A stretch of DNA of 64,000 nt from Verrucomicrobiota bacterium. Its GTDB lineage: Bacteria > Verrucomicrobiota > Verrucomicrobiia > Opitutales > Cerasicoccaceae. The notes under the pieces were generated by a model. That model did not search any database. It had not been told where the DNA came from and saw only the letters and a list, made by a program, of their open reading frames with translations. Each line of letters starts with the position of its first letter. The first letter of the stretch is position 1. The translations under genes and the position numbers were made by a program. The stretch covers positions 1-64,000 of the forward strand of contig JBCBUK010000015.1 of NCBI GenBank assembly GCA_039818205.1. The letters run 5' to 3'. Below, one piece after another: positions 47,244-58,216 of this stretch.

Positions 47244-49292
47244 CTAGTTCTGAAAAAGCTGGTCGAGGAACTCTCCTGCTTTTTTGCCACTGATTCCATA
47301 TTTCTCGGCGAGAGACTTTAGGTCGGTCACCTCCTTTTTATCCTGCCCTTCAGCTTGATCGGATATCCGTGCAAGTAATGCGGCGATAGAGAGGTTCTTG
47401 ATGTCCTCAGAGGAGATGTTGAACTGTTCGGTCCACTCCTTCAGCTTCGCTTTGAAGTACTCACCATTGCCATTGAAGAAGGTTTCCTTGACGTCCGTTA
47501 GCGCCTTCGAGTTGTCCATTAGACGGTCAATAGATTTTCCGCGCGAGACTGCACCTACAACTCGGTCGTAGAAGTCGGTGTTGCCACCCACAATATCGAC
47601 GCGAGTATTCTTGAGCGCCGCTCCAAGAACCTGTGCTTGGTGTTCGGCAATCTTCTCATTGACCTCTATTTCTGCGAGCTCAACTTCCTTGTCCTTCTGG
47701 AGCCGCAGCTTGAATTCTTCATGTTCTTTGCCGGCCTCGTTGAATACCTTCATTGCTTCAGCCTTTTTATTAATGCCCTCTGCCTCGGCCAGGTATTTCT
47801 TTTCGTCAGCGCTTGCTTCAGCCGCTCCCTTCTCGCCGATGCCTTTTGCTTCGGCAAGGAACTTCTTCTCGGCTACAGATGCCTCGGCTTCACCTTGCTT
47901 CTGGTAGGCATCAGCTTTGGCTTCTAAGACTTTCGCTTCACCCAAGCCCATCGCGGCGGCTTCGGCCGTTCGGCCGTCAGCCAAGGTTTTCTTGGCGGCG
48001 GAATCACGTCCAGCAGCTGTTTCCCGCGCTTCGGCTGAGATGACGGTCTCTTCGGCTTCAAGCTCGATCGCTTTCTTGGATGATTCGGCTTTGCGGACTT
48101 CGTGGTAGTAGAGTTCATCGGCTTTCAGTTGCTCGGCCTCTTTGCTCGCTTGCGCGGTTTTGACCTTCTCGACCAATTGTTCTTCAGCCCTTTGTTCGGC
48201 TGCCGTAATCGCAACTTTCTTCTCTCGCTCTGCGCCAGCAAACGCTTCGGTGTCTTTGATTTTTTCTTGTTCAACGACCACGGTTTTTTCCACCATGACT
48301 CGTTCTTTGATTACCTCTTGAATCTCACGTTTTTCTTTTTCAACGGCTTTATCTTTCTCGATATCAGCCAATGACGTAACTTTGTCACGCTCTACGACTT
48401 CGAGTTGGCGGTCGCGCTCTACCCGCTCAGTTTCAACCGCATCGGTGCGCTGCTTGTTTTTCTGGGCTACAATAATTTGCCGCTCCTTATTTTCCTCGGC
48501 AATTGAGATCTCTTCTTCGGTTACGATGCGTGCTTGCTCGGCCCGCAAGCGTTGCTCCTCGTGCACGCGTGCTGCCTCAGCTTCTTCGCGTGAGGTTATA
48601 ACGGATATCTCACGTTTTTGTTTCTGCTCAGCTTCCGCTTGTTGCTTCTCAAGTTCCAACACGGCTTCACGTGCTTCAACGTTCTGTTTGGTGATCGTTT
48701 TGATGCGATCCTGGTCAATCTGGTTCGCTAAGATTTTCTCGCGGGATGTCCGGTCGGTAATCTTTTTGATGCCTTCGGCATCTAGAATATTCTGGGGATT
48801 GAGGTCGTTGATCGACGTCTGCTCTAGAAAGTCGATCGCAGCATCATCCAGAACATATCCGTTCAGGTCGGTTCCGATAACTTTGGTGATTTCATCGCGG
48901 AAGCTTTCGCGTTCGATATAGAGTTCTTCGAAGTCGAACTGCTTGCCAACGGTTTTCAATGCCTCGGAAAACTTCGCGTCGAAAAGTTCCTTGATCTTTT
49001 CCGGATCGCTGGCGCGGTCGCAACCGATCGTGGTCGCAACTTGGCGGACGTCTTCAATGGTGTTGTTGACCCGAACGAAGAAGTCGACGGTGATGTCGGC
49101 GCGGATGTTGTCTTTACAGATTAATCCTTCCTTGCCGCGTCGATCAACGCGAACGCGCTTGATGGAGATGTCCATCCGCTCCAGTAGGTGGGCGAACGGA
49201 AGAACAAACATTCCCGAAAAGGAGACCTGGGTGCCACCGATGCCGGTGCGAACCATTGCAAGGCCCTTCTTAGTCTTACGATATACGATCAT
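47244..49292 (-). CDS. Flotillin/SPFH coiled-coil protein (YqiK-like) lacking an N-terminal TM helix
   Basis: GLICKDNIRADI.V.FFVRVN, FSEALKTVGKQ, ILDAEGI.KIT; AEA-rich coiled coil. Confidence 0.88.
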   Translation of the reverse strand: MIVYRKTKKGLAMVRTGIGGTQVSFSGMFVLPFAHLLERMDISIKRVRVDRRGKEGLICKDNIRADITVDFFVRVNNTIEDVRQVATTIGCDRASDPEKIKELFDAKFSEALKTVGKQFDFEELYIERESFRDEITKVIGTDLNGYVLDDAAIDFLEQTSINDLNPQNILDAEGIKKITDRTSREKILANQIDQDRIKTITKQNVEAREAVLELEKQQAEAEQKQKREISVITSREEAEAARVHEEQRLRAEQARIVTEEEISIAEENKERQIIVAQKNKQRTDAVETERVERDRQLEVVERDKVTSLADIEKDKAVEKEKREIQEVIKERVMVEKTVVVEQEKIKDTEAFAGAEREKKVAITAAEQRAEEQLVEKVKTAQASKEAEQLKADELYYHEVRKAESSKKAIELEAEETVISAEARETAAGRDSAAKKTLADGRTAEAAAMGLGEAKVLEAKADAYQKQGEAEASVAEKKFLAEAKGIGEKGAAEASADEKKYLAEAEGINKKAEAMKVFNEAGKEHEEFKLRLQKDKEVELAEIEVNEKIAEHQAQVLGAALKNTRVDIVGGNTDFYDRVVGAVSRGKSIDRLMDNSKALTDVKETFFNGNGEYFKAKLKEWTEQFNISSEDIKNLSIAALLARISDQAEGQDKKEVTDLKSLAEKYGISGKKAGEFLDQLFQN

Positions 49293-49329
49293 GATTCGAT
49301 AGTTGTTTCAATATTGTTGTTTAAAAGTG

Positions 49330-49923
49330 TTAGCGTAGCTCATCCGCTTTTGTCCCTTGAGCCGAATGATACTCGGGTGGAAATTTATCTAGATGGTCAA
49401 ATGCGACGCGATCGACTAACAGTCCGGAGAGATGGGAATCGAGCGCTCGAGATATTTCGCCTTTCAGCCTCTTGGGGTCTTTCTGAACATCAGCCCATGC
49501 AATCCGATTCGATTCTGATTGGATGACTTTGGTTGCTTGTTGTTCGATCAACGGGCGCAGTAATTCTCCATTGTTCAATGCGTCGACTCCATACTGCCGA
49601 ATCGCATATAAGGCTTCGTTTGGTTTGTCCGAAAGGCGAAAGTTGATGCCGATCTCGAGGTCAAACATTTGACCGTCTTCGGTCATGAGTGATTCCTCCG
49701 GACCCCGAAAGGAAAGCGCGAATGGAATGATCGTCAGGTCTAGAACACGATAGGTTTGTATGAGCGGAATGACCACCAGCGCATCAGCGGATAGCTTTGG
49801 ACCACCGAAACCGTCTCGGAATATCGCCGAACCCGCTGGGGAGTTCTTCAGGCACAGAAGAGCTAGAACTCCAATCAGGAGGAAGAAAGATACTACTAAT
49901 ACAGCGATTTCGCCGGTGCTCAC
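49330..49923 (-). CDS. Short SPFH-domain protein with N-terminal TM helix
   Basis: TM helix, then GFGGPK...VIPL...LDL...L.TEDG pattern paralogous to the neighbouring flotillin head; start overlaps upstream stop. Confidence 0.75.
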   Translation of the reverse strand: MSTGEIAVLVVSFFLLIGVLALLCLKNSPAGSAIFRDGFGGPKLSADALVVIPLIQTYRVLDLTIIPFALSFRGPEESLMTEDGQMFDLEIGINFRLSDKPNEALYAIRQYGVDALNNGELLRPLIEQQATKVIQSESNRIAWADVQKDPKRLKGEISRALDSHLSGLLVDRVAFDHLDKFPPEYHSAQGTKADELR

Positions 49924-50609
49924 GTCTTTCCTCCTTCCTCTGCTGAGTGGGGAGCCTCTTCGGTGGCGATCACGATGTAGCGACGACCGTCATCGCTTTT
50001 TCTGACGATTTTTGCATGGTCACCCTTGGAGAGAAGATGCTCTCCTGCGTCCAATTGTACGCTGAACTTGCAGGGCACGCCATCATGCGAAACTACTATC
50101 TCGCCAAAGCTATCGGTGACCTCGCCGGTCGTGACGGTGCCCACGGCTCCAATAAATGTTTCCTTCTGGGAGGTGATTCCAAATATTCTTCTAATTAGAC
50201 GGGCGAAAAATCTCATAACAACTCGAGTAACGTACCAGGCAATTGCCAGCGATCCGGCCATGATGGCGATTCCAATGCCCCAGACGCTGACTGGATTAAA
50301 AAAGTAGTTCAGCAGCATCATGGCCGACCACATAAGGGTAATAAAGAAAGTGAGCGAAACCGTGAACGGAGCTTCACCATCGCTCAGTGCCCGTGAGAAT
50401 CGCGCAAAGAAACCGGAGCCGTCGCTGTCGACTCCACCCTCTCCGTCCACGTCTAGGTCAAAGTCAAATGCAGCGCCAAAAATACTACCAAGAATGCTAA
50501 GCGTCCAGTAGAGTAGCACGAGGCCTAACATGATGGTAAATGGCAAATTATACCAGCGTGTTGCCTCGGTGTAAATTTGCTCTAGAAGGTCCATGGTTGG
50601 GAAGTTCAT
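49920..50609 (-). CDS. YqiJ/NfeD-like membrane protein with C-terminal OB fold
   Basis: Three TM segments, acidic DFDLDVD loop, IGAVGTVTTGEV...FGEIVV...LSKGD. Confidence 0.8.
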   Translation of the reverse strand: MNFPTMDLLEQIYTEATRWYNLPFTIMLGLVLLYWTLSILGSIFGAAFDFDLDVDGEGGVDSDGSGFFARFSRALSDGEAPFTVSLTFFITLMWSAMMLLNYFFNPVSVWGIGIAIMAGSLAIAWYVTRVVMRFFARLIRRIFGITSQKETFIGAVGTVTTGEVTDSFGEIVVSHDGVPCKFSVQLDAGEHLLSKGDHAKIVRKSDDGRRYIVIATEEAPHSAEEGGKT

Positions 50610-50848
50610 CTTTTTTGTGACTTATATGCGGTTTTGTCGAGTATAGTTGCTCGGATGTATCGAAATCCATTACATTAATCACGGTCTTTTATAAAGAGAC
50701 TGAAGGTTGCCGATCACTCGTTTTTTTGAAATCCTTTTTCCTGGACGATTGATTGGAATCTCACGCAGTATGGCTTAGTGAGCTCGATCTGAGCCGCACA
50801 TGTAAATTCAAGCTGGCCGAAAGAGCGGATTCTTTTATCAATTAATCT

Positions 50849-52891
50849 GTGGAAAATTGTGTTCACCGGCTAGACTCGATTAATAGCTCCAGTGTTGGTT
50901 TTGCTGGCGGAAAGGGGGCTTCGCTTGGCGAGTTGATCTCGGCAGGTTTCAATGTCCCCCAGGGATTCGTTGTTTCCCGGGTGGCCTTCGATGCATTTTT
51001 AGAAAATGCTGATCCCGACGGAAGAATTTCATCGCTCCTCGCCGATATCACTGACCGTAAATCCAAAGTGTTTCCGATTGCCCAAGAGATTTCGGCTTTC
51101 CTGGGGCCGGCTGAGATTCCGTCTAGTGTTTTAGGAGCGGTGGTTGGGCTCTATCGTCAGATGGGATTGGGGCGAGTGGCAATCCGATCCAGTGCGACCT
51201 GCGAGGATGGAGCCCAAAGTGCCTGGGCTGGCCAATTGGACACCTATTTTAATGTGAGTGAGGCGGAACTCGGAGAGAAACTCAAGGAGTGTTGGCTATC
51301 CGCGTTCAGTCGTCGCGCGCTTGCTTATGCCGCTACGCACGGTTTTGACGGCTCGAATTTTGGCGTCGCGGTTGTTGTTCAAGAGATGATACCGAGCGCG
51401 ATCTCTGGCATCGGCTTCTCGGTTCACCCCGTAACACAGGAGCCCAATCTAAGCCTAATCGAGGCGTGTTTTGGCTTAGGTGAGGCAATTGTGTCTGGAG
51501 AAGTCTCTCCGGACGCTTTCCTGCTGGATAAGGAAACGGGTGGGATTGTCGAGAGCTCCCGAGGCAATCAGAAGAAAGCCTTGGTGCTCGAGCCAGAGTC
51601 TCCGCAGCCGACTTGGCGCAATCTCGGTGACAAGGGTGCTGAGCCGAAACTGACTGATAGCCAAGCGCTCGAATACGGTGACATTTTGAACCGCATAGAG
51701 GCGCACTACTGCCGTCCGATGGATACGGAATGGGCCTACTACAACGGCGGGTTTCATGTGTTGCAAGCCCGGCCGATTACGACACTTGCCCCAGGATACG
51801 ACGAAAAATTTATTGATGATTCCGAGCCGTGGATGCGGCTTGTTAAACGTCCGTTTTCGCTGCTGGAGTATTCCATCATCGGGCATTGGACGGATCCTAA
51901 ACATGCCGCGAAAGACCTCGGCATCGAACGCTTGGATCACTTTCTTGGAATTCAGGATGATGCCGGGATGACGCATATGTATTTCCCAGAGCCACGGCTT
52001 ATCGCGGCTCACGATCACCTGCTTGATCTGCGACAGAACGACCGCGATAAATTGATCGGTATCCTGGAGAAGGGCAAACAGCTCTACGAAGAAGGGATGC
52101 AACGAATCGACAACGGAGTCACCTTCTCGAGTTTGCAAGAAGCCGCCGATTACTTCTGTGAAATCGGAAAATACACGGTGATCGTGCCAGCTTGGCTGCT
52201 GCTCGCAATGGAACGTGTGGGGGTGGATGATTCTGAAGTCCATGAACGTGCTGAGTGGTTGCGTGGTCACTCGGTGTATCCTCGCTTGGTCCATAAACTG
52301 CTGCATCCCTACGTGATTGAACATGCTCGCGGGATCGGCTTTTCGGACCCCGAGCAAATACCCTTTGTCGCGACTTGGGATGAACTTGTGCAAGGCGTAG
52401 ATCTATCCGTGCTGGAAGCGCGTTTGGAGGCTGTTCGGTCCGGCTCGCGATTTGTCTACCAGATGATCGGCGAAGAATACCAAGTTCGTTTGCTTCCGCA
52501 GACCGGTTACCTATTGATGCGATTGGCCCACGCGCACCTTCCGCCGGATCCGGAAGACGCGAATTGTTTAACGGGCCAAACCGCTTGGCCAGGATTCCAT
52601 CGTGGGCGAGCGCGCTTGGTATTGTCTTCTAATCCCGAGGGTTACCAGGTCGACCCTGGCGATGTCTTGGTTTCAGTTCAGTCCAATCCGAATCTAATGC
52701 CTTTGCTCAGGCATGCGGGAGCGATCGTCACCGACGAGGGTGGGGTTGCATGTCATGCGAGCATTGTCGCACGTGAACTCAAGGTGCCCGCGGTCACAGG
52801 CGTCGGGAATGCGACCAGTGCCATTCATGATGGCGACTTGATCGAAGTCGATGCGACTGAACAAGTCGTTAGGATCATCGAGCGTGTATAA
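50849..52891 (+). CDS. PEP-synthase / rifampicin-phosphotransferase-like dikinase
   Basis: GGKGASLGEL, AIRSSATCED..SAWAGQ, GLGEAIVSG, LQARPIT; C-terminal His swivel TDEGGVACHASIVARE. Confidence 0.85.
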   Translation: MENCVHRLDSINSSSVGFAGGKGASLGELISAGFNVPQGFVVSRVAFDAFLENADPDGRISSLLADITDRKSKVFPIAQEISAFLGPAEIPSSVLGAVVGLYRQMGLGRVAIRSSATCEDGAQSAWAGQLDTYFNVSEAELGEKLKECWLSAFSRRALAYAATHGFDGSNFGVAVVVQEMIPSAISGIGFSVHPVTQEPNLSLIEACFGLGEAIVSGEVSPDAFLLDKETGGIVESSRGNQKKALVLEPESPQPTWRNLGDKGAEPKLTDSQALEYGDILNRIEAHYCRPMDTEWAYYNGGFHVLQARPITTLAPGYDEKFIDDSEPWMRLVKRPFSLLEYSIIGHWTDPKHAAKDLGIERLDHFLGIQDDAGMTHMYFPEPRLIAAHDHLLDLRQNDRDKLIGILEKGKQLYEEGMQRIDNGVTFSSLQEAADYFCEIGKYTVIVPAWLLLAMERVGVDDSEVHERAEWLRGHSVYPRLVHKLLHPYVIEHARGIGFSDPEQIPFVATWDELVQGVDLSVLEARLEAVRSGSRFVYQMIGEEYQVRLLPQTGYLLMRLAHAHLPPDPEDANCLTGQTAWPGFHRGRARLVLSSNPEGYQVDPGDVLVSVQSNPNLMPLLRHAGAIVTDEGGVACHASIVARELKVPAVTGVGNATSAIHDGDLIEVDATEQVVRIIERV

Positions 52892-52915
52892 TTGAAGACG
52901 AAATCGGCAACGTTA

Positions 52916-55657
52916 CTATGGGGCTACTTGCTCGACCTTGAGCCGAAAGAACCGCCGTTCAGGAGTTGGGGGAGTGATTGCGATCTCATCGAATTCATTG
53001 CGCTTGATCGATACCCAGGAGGAGTGAGTCCAATCGCTGCTGCCACTACGCTGGGTAATGGTCGACCACGATTGGGCCTCGAGACTAGTGCTTGTTTGTA
53101 TCTCGCAAATGATATCGCTCGGAAAGCTGCCGGGTACTTTTAGGGTGATCGCTAGAGCGCCGCCCTCGGTGGTCGTTTGCATGGCGCGGTTATTCAGTTG
53201 ACGATACGACTGTAGTGGCTCGAAGCCGTAAACCTGTTCCACGATGAGCGAGAGCCCGTCGCCGTCGATATCGTCATCGGGAAGGCTGCCTGCTGGAATG
53301 GAGGGATAGAGCGCGAGCCAGTTGGCGAATGTTCGTCCTGAGATGCTTCGAACTTCGATCCCGTGAATCATGCCGCCACCGACCATAGAGATGATGTCGA
53401 TGTTCAAAAAACCGTCATCCACGTAGCGTTCCATTTGGTAGGCAGAAGGAGCGTTTCCATGGTTCGCAAATACGTCGAGATCATCCAGTGCAATTTCATC
53501 TTCGATAACAACGTCGAAGACCCGATCACCCGCGGAGATACTTGTTGGTGGCAACGGCTCGCGAAAGAAGAGCGTGATCTGATAGAGCCCGTTGGCGATC
53601 GGGACGCTCCAATTGATTGGTTCGGGGCGGGTTGGGGCAACGTAGCGAAAACGCCCGAAAATGTCCTTGGGAGCGCTGGTCGTGTTTGGACCATTAAAAT
53701 TTGGAGGACCGCTTTTGAAAACCCATTGGTCATCGACGAGATAGGTCGAGGTCGGATCGTCGGTTGTCCAATTCAGTTGATTATCGACCAGCTCGGGTCC
53801 GGCACAGTTGATGCGTAGAACGACACTGCCGCCGTTAGGAACGTAGAAGCTATCCGAAGCTTGTGCGCCGGCGCTATCGTTAACCGTGCAGGAATAGGTT
53901 CCCGTTGGTAGGCTGGAAAGGGACTCGGTGGTTGGACCGTGGTTCCATTGGACAGAGTAGGGGGCAATGCCACCGCGGATCCTTAGCGCAATCGAGCCAT
54001 TGGAGGCATGGTCGGTTTCGGCTATGATGTCCGCGGCCACTTCAACTGCATCCGGTTGAGTTAATCGTACGATACCATCGATCGAGTTAGAATCGCTATC
54101 GGTTATCGTGTATGCGTAGTTGATTCCACCGATAAGTCCTGAACGTTGGGAGCCGCTTGCGCCATCGGACCATGCGACGGAGTAGGGTGGGGTGCCGCCA
54201 ATCGTATGAAGCTCGATGCTGCCGTTGGGGCTCTGGTAGCGAGTTGGGCGGGTAATGACCGTTTGAACGGACAGGTTCCCGGATTCATGGGCACCAAGAT
54301 CGTATGCGTTTCCTGCTGGCCGTGGGCCGCCAAATAGATCAGCGGTCACTCCAAGGGATGAGAGATCTTCACCGCCATCAATCGCTGTGGAGCCATTGGT
54401 GAGGCGGTAGTCGTCTCGAGTCGGGTCGGAAAATGCTAGTGATGCAAGGTGGTGGGTTAACAGATTGTTCTGTACGACCACCGGGACACCGCCGTCGTTG
54501 ATGTAAATCTGGTCGCTATCGATCGCTTGAAGTAAGATGAGATTATTCCGATAATCCTTTGTCGTAATGTGACCGTAGGCGGCCAGCGGATGGCTTTCAC
54601 TCAGAATGATCGTGTTGTTGAAAATCCGATGGGTTCCCGGAACCGATCGATTGCGATCAGCTGAAAGGATACCGACTCCTCCCGGCCGTATGATCATGTT
54701 GTTGTAGATCTCACAGTCACCCAGGCCGAGATCGAATATACCAGCCCCACCGTTGCCGTCTTTAACCAGGTTGTTGAAACACTCCATTCGGCTGCCAGGA
54801 TTGATTTGAATGCCTGCCCGTTGGCCAAAAACCTGAAGGGTGCCCGTATTGCAAACCGTGTTGTTGAAGATTCGGCTCCCTCCAATTGCAGATCCGACTT
54901 GGATGCCATCCCAACCGCAATCGGTAACGATATTGTCGTAGATATCTATATTCGCGACGGAGTGTCGATAGTAGGGCACGCCATCGACGAGTGTGGTGTT
55001 ATCATAGTTAGAGTGACCACAATACATACCTTCGTGAACAACTCCGTGAACGTAGTTGTTGTGGATGTCGACATTGCGCATGGTGAATTCCCCCTCAACC
55101 GCCAGACGTTCGACACCATCAATTATGTAGCGACCGGTCTCGGTTTTTGCGTTGATCCCACTGCTATCGACATTCGCTATTTCGATATAGCACATGACAA
55201 AGTCGGACGTGAACGGCGCGAACGAAATGCCGTGGTGGGTGGCGTTGGTTATCTTGATACCATAAGGAAGACCAGCAACGCCATCGCCACGAAACTCAAA
55301 ATGATTGCATTGATCAAATACAACTCCTTCAACCAATGACGCCGCGTCGCTGCCATCAATGATCACCTGGCCGCCGGTGTTTTCAACGATAACTGGGTTA
55401 TCCGCTGTCCCGTTAATTTTGGTGAATCGCATGTTCCCGCGGCGGCCGGGAGAGAGCTGGATGATGTCTCCCGGAGAGACGCCCAATGTGTCACCGTGGA
55501 CGATCTCTTGTGACAAGGGAATCACATGCGTTGCGGAATTCGCAGTTGCCAGGAATAGGAAGAAAAATACGCCTCCAAAAAACGTATTGAAGAGAGCTCG
55601 CTGCCGCCGCGGAGGATCGCTACGACCTTGAAAAAACTTCGGTGTAAGATGTAACAT
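52916..55657 (-). CDS. Secreted right-handed beta-helix protein with SprB-like repeats, malectin-like domain and C-terminal module
   Basis: IHNNYVH/IYDNIV..WDGIQ beta-helix; GGTPPYSVAWSDG repeats; RINCAG...RVFDVVIE...LDVF malectin-like; RRFFRLKV tail. Confidence 0.82.
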   Translation of the reverse strand: MLHLTPKFFQGRSDPPRRQRALFNTFFGGVFFFLFLATANSATHVIPLSQEIVHGDTLGVSPGDIIQLSPGRRGNMRFTKINGTADNPVIVENTGGQVIIDGSDAASLVEGVVFDQCNHFEFRGDGVAGLPYGIKITNATHHGISFAPFTSDFVMCYIEIANVDSSGINAKTETGRYIIDGVERLAVEGEFTMRNVDIHNNYVHGVVHEGMYCGHSNYDNTTLVDGVPYYRHSVANIDIYDNIVTDCGWDGIQVGSAIGGSRIFNNTVCNTGTLQVFGQRAGIQINPGSRMECFNNLVKDGNGGAGIFDLGLGDCEIYNNMIIRPGGVGILSADRNRSVPGTHRIFNNTIILSESHPLAAYGHITTKDYRNNLILLQAIDSDQIYINDGGVPVVVQNNLLTHHLASLAFSDPTRDDYRLTNGSTAIDGGEDLSSLGVTADLFGGPRPAGNAYDLGAHESGNLSVQTVITRPTRYQSPNGSIELHTIGGTPPYSVAWSDGASGSQRSGLIGGINYAYTITDSDSNSIDGIVRLTQPDAVEVAADIIAETDHASNGSIALRIRGGIAPYSVQWNHGPTTESLSSLPTGTYSCTVNDSAGAQASDSFYVPNGGSVVLRINCAGPELVDNQLNWTTDDPTSTYLVDDQWVFKSGPPNFNGPNTTSAPKDIFGRFRYVAPTRPEPINWSVPIANGLYQITLFFREPLPPTSISAGDRVFDVVIEDEIALDDLDVFANHGNAPSAYQMERYVDDGFLNIDIISMVGGGMIHGIEVRSISGRTFANWLALYPSIPAGSLPDDDIDGDGLSLIVEQVYGFEPLQSYRQLNNRAMQTTTEGGALAITLKVPGSFPSDIICEIQTSTSLEAQSWSTITQRSGSSDWTHSSWVSIKRNEFDEIAITPPTPERRFFRLKVEQVAP

Positions 55658-56027
55658 AGATATTGGCGATTGGGATTGCCGATGGCATTAGTTTATAAAC
55701 TGGTACTAATCAAGTGTAGCGTTTTGTTGCCTTAGCTATCCGCTTTTGATTCACAATCGCTAGATATCTAGATCATTGATGACGAATTGTTTAAGTGTTC
55801 AAACTATAGCGTTTTCTTGATTTCGTTGGTCTGGGAGTTTTACGTTTTCACACAAGTTTCACGATCGCTTTTCCAATGCCTCCAACAATGCGGTCTGCAT
55901 TGATTCTCAGACCTTTCAGCGAACCGCACCATAGCTTTGAAGCCGCACATATCGGTATTAGGCGACCGCGAGTGCTAGAAACGATTTCTCTCGCCCTTTA
56001 GATACTATCGGAGATATTTGACGGTGG

Positions 56028-58214
56028 ATGTGTAAGTTTTGGAGTCGCTCCGCACTGGTTTTTGCCGCCTGGCTGATCAGCGCTAGCATAGATGCTGAGC
56101 CCCTGAAGAGTATCGGTGAGATTTGGAATCTCGATCTCATACCGACTGATGAGCCTCGTCCCGTCGAGTTCGAATCGCAGGTCGTCTGGGTCGATGAGGT
56201 TAAGGGGGCATTTTTTATCTACGACGGAGACCGTGGAATCTACGTCTACCGAGAACGTTCTTATGATCCCAATATCCATCCCGAGGTTGGTGATATTGTT
56301 GCGATCACCGGGTATGCCGCCCCGGGTGGAATCTCACCAGCAATCGAGGAGGCCGACTTCCGAGTTGTGGGGCATGAGCCACTTCCCGAAGCTAAGGTTT
56401 ACTCGGGTGATCTGCGCGAGAGTGCGATGCTTGATTGTGAGTGGATGAAACTTTCCGGTCGATTGGTCTCCATGCGAGTGTTTACCAATCTCGAGGTCAT
56501 CCTAGTCGAGGTCGTGCGGAATAACTATACGTTGAACATTAAGTTACCCTACAGCCAGGAGTCCGTCAGACGCTTTCAAGAAATCATGCTGGATGTGGTT
56601 GAGGTGGATGTGGTCGCCGGGTCCACTTACAATACGGACCGGCAGCTTACGGGTCGGATCTTCTTCGCAAGTTCCGCGGATGATTTTGTTGTCGTGGACT
56701 CCCAAGCGGGCGAGTTCCAGAACCCGGATGACTACGCAATCGGCGAATTTATGGGACGGTCCTTTGACCACCGCCGAGTGGTCAGGAGTGAGGGCGTAGT
56801 CACTGCGGTCGGTGACCGGGAGATCTATCTTCAGGATGGAGACTCAAGTGTTCAGGTTAGCGTCGTTTACCCAAGCCAGTTTGGAGTGGGCAACCTGGTT
56901 TCGGTCGAAGGTTTTGTCGTCCCTGGTCCGGTTAGCCCGGGGTTTCTCGCCCGCAAGAGCAAGTTCATTAGTAGAGCCAACGTTCCGTCGCCGACTCGTA
57001 TTGATGCCAGCGTCGATCTACCGTCGCGATACAACTATGACCTTGTTAAGGTTGACGCGGTTATTGTTGATATTGTTCAACAAATTCCTCCGCCGAGCTG
57101 GATGGCAAAAGCGGGTAAGGGGATCGTATTGATGTGCCGTGCTGGCGATCGATTGTTTGAGGCGCGTTTGCCTCGAGGCGCTGAAGTGGCTGATAAATTG
57201 ACCGTTGGGTCGACGGTCGAGTTGACCGGTATCTGTCATTTGATTCGGAACCCAGATGTTCAATGGACCGTTGGTATTCGCGGTTTTTGGCTACAGCTCA
57301 GAGACATACGAGATATCAAAATTATTGCTCCAGCCCCCTGGTGGACGGCGGAGCGCGCTGCTTGGGTCGTTGGCGGCGCGCTGGGGCTATCAGCTCTTTT
57401 CTTCGCTTGGATTCTGTTGCTTCATCGAACCGTTGAGCGCCAAACGAAGTTGATCGGCGAGAAAATTGAGCAAGAAACTTTGATCAACGAGCGGCAACGG
57501 GTAGCTCGCGAGCTTCACGACAATTTGGATCAGGGTCTTACCGGCGCAGCGGTACATTTGCGGGCGAGCCGAAAGTTCCTCAGTTCGCGGATCGACAAAT
57601 TTGTTGGTTCTATCCGGGGAGTAATTGAGTCCTCTGATGGCCTGAATACATCTTGCAAGGAGCAGCTTAACCAGCAGCTGTCCGAACTAGCAACCGACAA
57701 GGAGAAAGGGCTTCATGAGCTCGGAACCATTCAATCCATGCTGACCTATTGCGGACGGGAGTCTCGTTCCTATATTCTCGAGTTGCGCGGCGGACTTCTG
57801 GAGAAAATGGATTTGCCGGCTGCAGTTGATGAGGTCACCCGACCTTTGGTGGTTCCATTTGGGGCAGAGTTGGCAATCTCGACTCACGGCTCATATCGGC
57901 GATTGCGCCAAGACGTTGAATGGCATCTGTTGATGGTCGTACGAGAGTCCGTCGCTAATGCAATGATGCATGGGCAGCCAAAATCGGTGTCGGTTGTTAT
58001 GCGTTTCGAGGGAGATGGTCTCCAGTTTTCCGTGTCTGATGACGGGCAAGGGTTTGATTTGAAGTCTGCCCTGAAATCGGGGCGGCTCGGTATTCAAGGA
58101 ATGAAAGAGCGCATGAATCGCCTGGGTGGTGTGCTGGATATCGAAAGTGAACCCGGGAAGGGAACGGAGGTAATCATCAGTGTTGATTCGTTCCGAAAAT
58201 CGGAATTGAATTAG
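56028..58214 (+). CDS. Sensor histidine kinase (HisKA_3) with large periplasmic repeat region
   Basis: [52 protein letters not shown]. Confidence 0.92.
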   Translation: MCKFWSRSALVFAAWLISASIDAEPLKSIGEIWNLDLIPTDEPRPVEFESQVVWVDEVKGAFFIYDGDRGIYVYRERSYDPNIHPEVGDIVAITGYAAPGGISPAIEEADFRVVGHEPLPEAKVYSGDLRESAMLDCEWMKLSGRLVSMRVFTNLEVILVEVVRNNYTLNIKLPYSQESVRRFQEIMLDVVEVDVVAGSTYNTDRQLTGRIFFASSADDFVVVDSQAGEFQNPDDYAIGEFMGRSFDHRRVVRSEGVVTAVGDREIYLQDGDSSVQVSVVYPSQFGVGNLVSVEGFVVPGPVSPGFLARKSKFISRANVPSPTRIDASVDLPSRYNYDLVKVDAVIVDIVQQIPPPSWMAKAGKGIVLMCRAGDRLFEARLPRGAEVADKLTVGSTVELTGICHLIRNPDVQWTVGIRGFWLQLRDIRDIKIIAPAPWWTAERAAWVVGGALGLSALFFAWILLLHRTVERQTKLIGEKIEQETLINERQRVARELHDNLDQGLTGAAVHLRASRKFLSSRIDKFVGSIRGVIESSDGLNTSCKEQLNQQLSELATDKEKGLHELGTIQSMLTYCGRESRSYILELRGGLLEKMDLPAAVDEVTRPLVVPFGAELAISTHGSYRRLRQDVEWHLLMVVRESVANAMMHGQPKSVSVVMRFEGDGLQFSVSDDGQGFDLKSALKSGRLGIQGMKERMNRLGGVLDIESEPGKGTEVIISVDSFRKSELN

Positions 58215-58216
58215 GA

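Noticed and set aside
51476..52393. 305-aa antisense ORF
   Set aside because: Lies wholly opposite the well-supported dikinase and has no motifs; shadow ORF
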